Positions 55,287 to 64,000 of a DNA stretch of 64,000 bases are shown in pieces. This DNA comes from Octopus sinensis. Its lineage: Eukaryota. Each line of letters starts with the position of its first letter. Within the stretch, counting starts at the first letter, position 1. Location: NCBI RefSeq assembly GCF_006345805.1, contig NC_042999.1, positions 155,372,001 through 155,436,000 on the forward strand. Direction: 5' to 3'. Under the pieces are notes generated by a model that was not told where the DNA came from, did not search any database, and worked only from the letters and a program-made list of their open reading frames with translations. The translations under genes were made by a program, and so were the position numbers.

Positions 55287-55535
55287 GATTATTATTATTT
55301 GAGGGAATATTAATCCAAACTTACAGGGGAAAAAAAATTCAATTTAGAAATACTAAATCAAATTTCACACAATATAATATATATATAAAAATTAGAAAAA
55401 AACCCACCTTTTATCAATTCAAAATGAACAATTAAATTACACCATCTAGAAAATTACATATTAAAATTAAAATAATAAAATATCAATAATTAAGTAAATT
55501 GCAAAAAATATAAATAAAAACGTATATAATTGGTA

Positions 55536-55574
<39 letters not shown>

Positions 55575-55576
55575 GC

Positions 55577-55654
<78 letters not shown>

Positions 55655-56332
55655 AGAGATAGACAGACAGCCAGATGATAGATTACACACAAATCTGGCT
55701 GCTGTAGCGATAACTTATCATTTGAGGAGGCTGATTTTATGTCCGGGTTGGATGAATCAAGGTGAATAGAGAAATAGTTTGGTTGATACCTGAGCTGAGG
55801 GTGGGAGACACTGTACCCAACTCTCTCTTGTTTTCAAGGTGTTCACCTCTGTGTGACCTGAAGAATCTCTGTTGAACCTCCCTCCACTTCTGTTTATTAA
55901 CAACAGATTACAACAATATCTCATTTCTTTCTCTTTTCCTTTGATATTTTTTTTTAAATTGCTCTCTTTTCTACCTTTCTTTGTCCATCTATATTTCTTT
56001 CTGCACACACACACACACAATATATATATATATATTTACACACACAATACATATTCACACACACACACACAACACAGACAGACAGTAAATTACAATTTGA
56101 TCGGAATTTGACGTTAAAAGTTTTTGTCATTGGGTTTTCGGATAAATCACCCACCTTGACTGCTCCTTCCTAACTTTCTGGAAAATAGATATTTTCTAAT
56201 GAATTTTTTTACCGGCTTCAGTCCCACTACACGGCACCTTGAGCAAATGTCTTCTACTATAGCTTCAGGCCAACCAAAGTCTTGTGAGTGGATTTGGTAG
56301 ACGAAAATAAAAAGAAGCCCGTCCTATGTGTG

Positions 56333-56749
56333 TGTAACGTGAAAGGATCTATCATCGAAGCACTGGCAGGGTGTCGAGATCCTTTCTAGTCACATACAAA
56401 AATTCTTGTAGAAAACAAACAGACGAAACTCAGGTTAAAGGTGAACAGACAACTTGGTTTATTGATTCATGGTTGTACGTTGTCTGATGGGGGAATAGAC
56501 AGCCTCTGATATACTGCTGGTGTTGGTCGTTGAGGTTGGTTGAAGTTGGTTGAAGTTGGTGTGTGGCTGTCAGAGCCAGGAAAACCGTGACCGATCGCAG
56601 TGCTGTCTTGAGCCGAAGAGAGCGATTTGAGGTTCGCGGGCTCGAGAGATGTTTTCCCGCACATGCGCATGGGGAAGACTTCCGGTGGCCACCCGAAGTA
56701 GTCCCATTCTGCGCATGCGCTCCGAACCCTACACTGTAGCATCACTACA
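56333..56749 (-). repeat. 3' LTR (417 bp)
   Basis: TGTAACGTG...CACTACA; PPT-like GGAGGGGAGCCC immediately upstream on the minus strand (56750-56761). Confidence 0.97.
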
Positions 56750-56871
56750 GGGCTCCCCTCCGAGTGCGAAGTACGGCAACCAGAATATTGTGGTGGTGCT
56801 GCAGAAAACAAGGCTTGCCGATCCCCCAGAAGACTTGGTACATACTATTATACAATAAGAAACATTTAAAG

Positions 56872-59800
56872 TTAAATGTAAATTGTTTTTGAAAGTTTCT
56901 TGGGCCAATGCACTGTTCTGCCCGACTTTGTAACATACGGTGTGCTCGGGGCACCCGTTGACGGCGAGGGTGGTGTTGTAGGAGCCGGTGAAGGTGTTTG
57001 TGCAGGTGAAGGCGTTTGTGCAGGTGAAAGTGTTGTTAAAGGTGCATAGGTGGGTGTGTCAAGGTTGTCATCAAAAGATGAAGACGTCTCAAAATGTGCC
57101 TTTTTTAAACGGTCCACGGAAACGGTCTCCGAACGACCATTTATCTCAATCGTGAAAACCTTTGGTGTGCGAGAAAGCACACGAAAAGGTCCTTTATAGG
57201 GAGAAACAAGTGGGCCCTTCACAGAATCGTCCCGAACAAAAACATGCGACCAGGTGTTCATATCCGGTGGAAGATGGGACGGTGGAGATTGCTTTCTGGG
57301 AAGCATGGGCGGAAGGTTTGAAAAATATTCCCGCAGTCTGGTGACATAGGTCGCCGGATCATGGGGCGGGGAAGTGTCTGGCACCAACATCGTACCGGGC
57401 AATGCCAGTGTGGTACCATACAGCAGCTCTGCAGCAGAAAACCCCAGGTCTGCCTTGACAGCAGTCCGACAGCCGAGAAGCACAATGGGCAGAAATTCGA
57501 TCCAGGACTGTGGGTCCGAAGAGGCACGAAGAGCGGCCTTGAGCTGTCTATGGAACCGCTCAACCAATCCATTAGATGCTGGATGGTAGCTTGTGGTGTG
57601 GATATGGTGCATACCCAAAATTCGCGACAATTCGCGAAATAGCGAGGCCTCAAACTGTCGTCCACGATCAGTTGTCAATCGGGACGGGACTCCGAAGCGA
57701 GAAATCCAGTTTGAAACGAAAGCTCGCGCAACAGTCTCAGCAGAAATGTCTGCTATCGGAATGGCTTCTGGCCAGCGGGAGAAACGATCGACACAAGTTA
57801 ATAGATAAGAGAACCCGCGACTCACAGGCCATGGTCCAACCAGATCGATGTGGACATGGCGAAAACGGGCCTCCGTGGGGGAAATTGTCCAAGCGGGGCA
57901 CGAACGTGCCGTTGAATCTTGGATCGTTGACACTTGGAGCAGGTGCGTGTCCAACAAGTAATTGTGCGACGCATATTCGGCCAGAAAAACCGAGCAGTGA
58001 TTAGTTTGAGGGTGGCAGCGATGCCAGGATGTGATAAGGAGTGCAGTGCTTCAAACACTGAGCGTTGATGGGTCTCAGGCACCAGTGGCCTGGGAGATCC
58101 AGTTGAAGTGTCACAAAGAATGGTGCCTTCGGCTGACGGAAGCGGAAGGTAGGAAAACTGGCAACAGGAGAACTTGGGAGAAGTTAAATCTAACGACGCC
58201 AAAGGTGGCTGCTCCTGCGATATGGCAGCTAAGTCGATAGCAGCAGGAGACGAAAGGGCGCAAACTGGAAGGCGAGAGAGAGCGTCAGCAGGAACGTTCT
58301 CTTTTCCAGGTATGTGTCGAATGTTGCTAGTAAATTGAGAGATAAAATCCAGGTGCCGAAAAGCACGGGGTGAGAGTTTGTCCGTTTTTGAAAACAGGGC
58401 AAACGTAAGGGGCTTGTGATCCGTATAGATCACAAAATCTCGCCCTTCAAGTTGATGCTGGAAATGACGAACCGATAGATAGATCGCTAGGAGCTCACGA
58501 TCAAAGGTGCTGTATCGTCGTTCAGCTGGTTGCAGTTGACGGGAAAAGAAAGCTAGAGGTCGAACATGGTCATCCACTGTGTGTTGTAACACAGCGCCAA
58601 TGGCAGTGTCCGATGCGTCCACAGTCAAAGAGAGAGAAGCACCAGGAACTGGATGTGCAAGCAAAGAAAGAAGCCAGCTCCTTCTTAATGGACTCAAAGG
58701 CTGTCACTGCCTCAACAGAGAGGGTGACTTGACTGTCCTTTCTAGGAGAGTCCTTTAACAGCCTGGTGAGAGGTAGCAGCTTATCTGCACAACCGGGAAT
58801 GAAGCGTCGGTAGAATTGACCATCCCTAGATAATGCCTGAGCTGGCGCAAGGAAGTGGGGGGTGCGATGCGTTGAATGGCATCGACTTTTGACGAGAGGG
58901 GGCTGATTCCAGTCGAATCAATATGATGCCCTAGAAAATCTAGGAAGAGCGTCCGAAAACACACTTGTCGGGGTTTATGCGTATGCTATACGCGCGAAGA
59001 CGCTGGAAGAGTTGAGAAAGGTGCCGGAGATGATTTTCTCGTGTGTCGCTCGCAATGAGTATGTCATCGACATAGGCAAACACAAAATCAAGACCGCGGA
59101 CAACCTCATCAATGAAACGCTGGAAGGTGCTAGTAGCATTCCGCAAACCGAAACTCATGTACAAAAACTCAAAACACCCAAACGGGGTAGTGATTGCAGT
59201 TTTTGGAACGTCGGCTGGGTTGACCGGTATTTGGTGGTAAGCGCGTATCAGATCGACCTTCGAAAAAATGGTACAACCATGGAGATTTGCTGTAAAGTCC
59301 CGGAGATTTCTAATCGGATAGCGATCGGCTATTGTGACGGCATTGAGGCGTCGATAGTCTCCAACGGGCGAAAATCAGACTCGCCCTTTCGCGCCAAATG
59401 AAGGGGAGATGCCCATGGGCTGGTGGAGGGGCGTATAAGGCCAAGTTGAAGCATGTGCTCAAACTCGGCTCTGGCCGTTTTTAGTCGGTCTGGCGCTAGG
59501 CGCCGGGGGCGTGAGAATACAGGTGGCCCATTGGTGGTGATGAAATGGAGGGTCGAGTGGGTAGGATTTTCCGGTTTAAAGGCAATGTCCACTAGCTCCG
59601 GAAATGAAACCAAAAGAGAGTGAAATGGGTCTCCAGAGGTGGCAACAAAGAATGTCGGGCTAAGGACCGCAGTGGTGGAACTCCCAGTCGGTGTAGAGAG
59701 CGACGTCGTGCTATCAAGAAGCCTCCGACGCCTGACATCCACCAATAGGTTAAACCTATTCAGGAAATCAGCGCCGAGAATAGGATGTGGGATGTCAGCG

Positions 59801-60030
59801 ATGACGAAAACCCATCGAAAGTCTCGGCGAAGGTTGAGGTTGAGGCGCAGCGAATCTGACCGTAAGTGGTTATATGGGAGACGAGTCAATAGCATGCAAG
59901 ACAATCGAAGAGCGCTTCGGCTTGTCTGCAGCCAGACGAAGGGGCCAGATGCTGCAACAGGAACCGGTGTCTACCATGAAGAATGTCTTCGACACCAGAT
60001 CTTTTACATAGAATGCACGATGTTTGGGAA
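56872..60030 (-). pseudogene. pol: Gypsy pol (protease, RT, RNase H, integrase) split by frameshifts
   Basis: Domain motifs spread across ORFs 59870-60508, 59329-59904, 58940-59164, 58755-58964, 57822-58697 and 56872-57957. Confidence 0.92.
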
Positions 60031-60039
60031 ACGAGATGG

Positions 60040-60560
60040 AAGAAGGTGACGTGCTCACCTCCTCCGGATTAGTTTCCGAGGGCTTGAAAGTGCACGGCTG
60101 GGTACACCGATCTGCCCTTTTGGTAGAGCGACTACGACTGCGTTGTCGGCGCTCGATCGCACGGGATAGATCGTCGATTCGCCGCGTGAGCGCATCAATC
60201 CGCTCGGCTAGTGAAATTTGCGCAGGGCCCCCTATACATGCACAGAGGCCTCGCGATGGAGATGGATTCGGAAATTCCAGTATTCCATCGGCCATCGTGG
60301 CAATCTGAATATTGCTCTCCCCCGAACGTGTGTTGCGGCGGAGGATTTCTGCTTTCACAGACGCGTATGTGGCATCCGGGTGGGGACTTATTATTAGATC
60401 CCTGATCGATGCGGCGAGTCGGGGATGTAAGCCGGAATATAGCAGGTGCAACTGCTGCTGTGGAGAAATGGCATGTGCATCAAAATACCACTCCACTTGG
60501 CAAACCACAGGCCCATATCCCCCGTAAATGAAGGCAAACCTGAAGCCATGCCTTTGTCGG
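60040..60560 (-). pseudogene. gag: Gypsy gag, apparently internally deleted
   Basis: QVEWYFDAHAI...IRDLII.P....Y..VKAEILRR and RSRSRS..RADRCTQPCTF (second half of a CsRn1-type CHCC motif). Confidence 0.8.
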
Positions 60561-60935
60561 AAGGAATCTGTGAGAAGGGGGCAGAAGGTATGGTCTAGAA
60601 GTGGAGAGAGAACACGTGGAACCGAGAAGGCAATTCAAAATTGTGTTTGTGTGTGCACCTCGTGGGTAGCAAAAAAAAAGGAATAAGTGTGTACAAGGAA
60701 AACAAAATACAGAAAAGGAAAAAAAATGAATGTGTGTGTGTTTTCTTTTTTCTTTGTTTTTTTTTTTTTTTTTTGTACTGTGTGCGATGAATAAGGCTAT
60801 TTGACCCACCTCGCCGTGCTGAAAAGGAGAAAATAGGAAAATAAATGTGAATTTCCGCGCTCTTCGGCCCCAAAAGAAACCTGTTCGCTGTGTCTTTTTC
60901 TATCCTGTTCTTTTTCTCAACTAGGGGTCACCAAT

Positions 60936-61353
60936 TGTAACGTGAAAGGATCTATCATCGAAGCACTGGCAGGGTGTCGAGATCCTTTCTAGTCACATAC
61001 AAAAATTCTTGTAGAAAACAAACAGACGAAACTCAGGTTAAAGGTGAACAGACAACTTGGTTTATTGATTCATGGTTGTACGTTGTCTGATGGGGGAATA
61101 GACAGCCTCTGATATACTGCTGGTGTTGGTCGTTGAGGTTGGTTGAAGTTGGTTGAAGTTGGTGTGTGGCTGTCAGAGCCAGGAAAACCGTGACCGATCG
61201 CAGTGCTGTCTTGAGCCGAAGAGAGCGATTTGAGGTTCGCGGGCTCGAGAGATGTTTTCCCGCACATGCGCATGGGGAAGACTTCCGGTGGCCACCCGGA
61301 AGTAGTCCCATTCTGCGCATGCGCTCCGAACCCTACACTGTAGCATCACTACA
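60936..61353 (-). repeat. 5' LTR (418 bp)
   Basis: Appears identical to the 3' LTR apart from one G indel (CCCGAAG vs CCCGGAAG); PBS at ~60924-60933, complementary to a tRNA-Trp 3' end. Confidence 0.97.
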
Positions 61354-61366
61354 TGTGTATGTGTCT

Positions 61367-61448
61367 GGGTCTTTTCACTTTGACCGGCAGATTTAAAAAA
61401 TAATTTCTTTGTAACTAAACACTTTTAAACTTCAAAGTGAAAAGAACC
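61367..61448. mobile_element. 82-bp mini-MITE related to the 62929-63354 element
   Basis: TIRs GGGTCTTTTCACTTTGA / TCAAAGTGAAAAGAACC; 8-bp TSD ATGTGTCT / GTGTGTCT. Confidence 0.75.
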
Positions 61449-62203
61449 GTGTGTCTTGTGTCTATCTGTCCCCACCACCCCTTGACAACCGGTGTTGTGG
61501 TGTTTACGTACCCGTAACTTAGCAATTTGACAAAGTAGACCGATAGAGTAAGTACCAGGCTTTAAAAAAAATATGTATGGGGTCCATTCGTTCGACAAAA
61601 AATTTTCAAGGTGGTGCCCTTGCATGGCCACAGTTTAATGACTGACAGAAGTAAAATATAAAAATAGTAAGACACCTTTAAATGGAAGGTGTAAGAAAAG
61701 TCGAAAAATAAAACGAAAGAGCGCCTCACATCCTGTCGCTCTTCTCTCTCATACTCTCTTTTCCTTCTCTTTCAACTCTGGTCTCCTGTATTAACCTTAC
61801 TGTTCTTATTTGCATACTTCTGTATATAACAGCCCCAGTCTCTCTTCATAATGCCAATGAATGTGACCAGCGGCATTTTTTCATATTAAATGGGTTTTAT
61901 GGTCACGTAATTGATGTCTGCCATTTCACCAAACACGTGAACACTTTAGAATGCATTAATACTGATTAAATTTTAATTTTCAGTCACCCATTCTCTTTCA
62001 TATATATATACCGGAGTAAACACATAAATGTGAAACAAGGTGGAAAAAAGAGTACTCAAATACCAGAGGCAGAGTAATATGCTTTATTTAAAAGCATCAG
62101 AAATTTAACAAAAGCTGTTACTCGGAATTTCACATTAACAAAACTGTCCGACGAACGGGAACGTGAAACTCTGCTGCTTTTAAATAAATTATATATATAT
62201 ATA

Positions 62204-62248
<45 letters not shown>

Positions 62249-62928
62249 GTTTCAGTCATTAGACTGCGGCCATGCTGGGGTATCGCCTTAAAGGGTTTAC
62301 TCGAGCAAATTGATCCAGTAGTTTTTATTAAGTTTAGCACTTTAATCTTATTTCTTTATTGCCCACAAGGGGCTAAACATAGATGGGACAAACAAGGACA
62401 GACAAAGGGATTAAGTCGATTATATCGACCCCAGTGCGTAACTGGTACTTTATTTATCGACCCCGAAATGATGAAAGGCAAAGTCGGCCTCGGCGGAATT
62501 TGAACTCAAAACGTAACGGCATACGAAATACCGCTAAGCATTTCGTCCAGTGTGCTAACGTTTCTGCCAAGACTTGCCAAACTTCTAAGTTACAAGGACG
62601 TTGACAAACCAACACCAGTTGTCAAGTGATGGAGGAGGATAGACACACACACACGACAGGCTTCTTTCAGTTTCCGTCTATTAAATCCACGCACAAGGCC
62701 TTGTTGTGTAAGACGCTATAGTAGATGATACTTGCCTAAGGTTTCGCGTAGTGGGACTGAACCAGGAACCATGTGGTTGGGTAGAAAAAATTCTTACCAT
62801 ACAGCGATGAGTTCAAATCAGCTTTGTCTTTTGTCTTGTTGGGGTCAGGTACTTTCCTGTATTTATTCCGGATCTTTATGCTCTGTGGCAAACGTTCAGG
62901 TCAGGTCTTCACTGTGAAGAGACCTTCA

Positions 62929-63354
62929 GGATCTTTTCGGTTTGAACGGCAGTTTTTTCTAGCGGTGTCATATGAAATTGTCACCCATAATTATGACCCT
63001 AGTATCGCTCTATTGCATTTCAATCTGTTTTAGGGTTAAATTTAGTTAGGGTTAGGGGTGGGGAGAAGGGTATCTTTTTTCTTCACAAATGTAAATAAAC
63101 CCAATCTGTTTCTTAAATGAGGGGTATAGTCATACGGCACAGAATGATTTTTAACTCAATAGACATCACTGGTTGGTTGAAATTGCAGAAATCGAAGAAA
63201 AACAACAACAAATATCTTACAAACTATAGAATTTTCTCAATAAAGCCAAGAGAAAAAGATGTTTTATAAACACATTCTACCAGTATACGAAGTTTAACAT
63301 TTTTTAGTTACCTAGAAATTATGTTAAAAACTGCCGTTCAAACCGATAAGATCC
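62929..63354. mobile_element. MITE with ~29-bp TIRs and 8-bp TSD
   Basis: GGATCTTTTCGGTTTGAACGGCAGTTTTT / AAAAACTGCCGTTCAAACCGATAAGATCC; TSD GACCTTCA on both sides; internal TTAGGG-like repeats. Confidence 0.9.
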
Positions 63355-63959
63355 GACCTTCATTCCACTCACGAATAACAGAGGCTTATGGTGGAAGACA
63401 CATGGCTTAGGGAAGGGTATTCGGTGAGTGCTTTAGTGGTTAGAATATTCGGTTCACGATCGTAAAGCCATGAGTTCGATAATTGGCAGCGCTGGGGTCT
63501 TGAGCTTCACACTTTTTTTCACATTGCTCCAGTCTACTCAGCTGTCAAGTTGTACTTGTAATTCGAAAGGGCCAGCCTCGTCACATTCTGTATTACTATG
63601 GATCTCACTGAGAACTACATTAAGGGCACGCGTGTCTGTAGAGTACTCAGCCAAGTGCACGTTATTTTCACGAGTAGGCTGTTCCGTTGATCGGATCAAC
63701 TGAAACTCTCTTCGGTAATCAACGGAGTGCCAGCGCAGTAGAATACGCTTGTCTAAGATGTCATGTAGCAGATTGAACCTGGGACCTCACGGTTGCGAAG
63801 TGAACATCACACATCTCTTCACACACAAACACACCCATCTACGTACATACATACACACATAATGCATATATATATATACATACATACATACATACATACA
63901 TATATTAGACCGTTAGCTCCTACACGCATTTTTTTCTCTCCTTGTTTCTTTTCTGTGTA

Positions 63960-63997
63960 TCTTTCTGTTGAAGAGCGTAGGCTCGAAACGTAAAAGA
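63960..63997 (+). ncRNA. Hammerhead-like motif with variant CUGUUGA core
   Basis: TCTTT-CTGTTGA-A-GAGC(GTAG)GCTC-GAAA-CG-TA-AAAGA; family copies at ~27243-27276, 48091-48127 and 50006-50047. Confidence 0.55.
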
Positions 63998-64000
63998 CTT

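Larger units (their letters stand above)
56333..61353 (-). mobile_element. Complete Ty3/Gypsy LTR retrotransposon, CsRn1-like
   Basis: Two TG...CA LTRs, 4-bp TSD TGTG, PBS TGGTGACCCC, PPT, and gag-PR(VDTGS)-RT(YVDD)-RH(VDAS..YTDHKPL)-IN([26 protein letters not shown]) order. Confidence 0.97.

Noticed and set aside
55788-55890. Possible minus-strand exon
   Set aside because: Weak acceptor and donor, two open frames, no recognisable product.
63029-63060. Telomeric TTAGGG repeats
   Set aside because: Only three degenerate units, internal to a MITE.

Overview
AT-rich, microsatellite-dense animal DNA. The tRNA-derived SINE repertoire and repeat landscape suggest an octopus/coleoid genome (inference). 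Almost all ORFs in the supplied track are microsatellite or SINE artefacts. Supported content: a young, complete Ty3/Gypsy (CsRn1-like) LTR retrotransposon at 56333-61353; an R4/Dong LINE embedded in (TAA)n; RTE and CR1 LINE fragments; two mariner derivatives; several MITEs with TSDs; a probable Helitron-type element; dozens of tRNA-derived SINEs; and one 100-N gap. The only convincing host-gene signal is a signal-peptide first exon at 13907-13967 (+), with candidate phase-1 small exons downstream. The most striking unannotated signal is about 12 minimal type-I hammerhead-ribozyme-like motifs of the Penelope type. They fall in several short repeat families, carry recurrent variant cores (CCGANGA, CUGUNGA) and are often associated with inverted duplications. 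One is the tail of an element with a tRNA-like Pol III head. All structures were read by eye; repeat boundaries are approximate unless TSDs are quoted.
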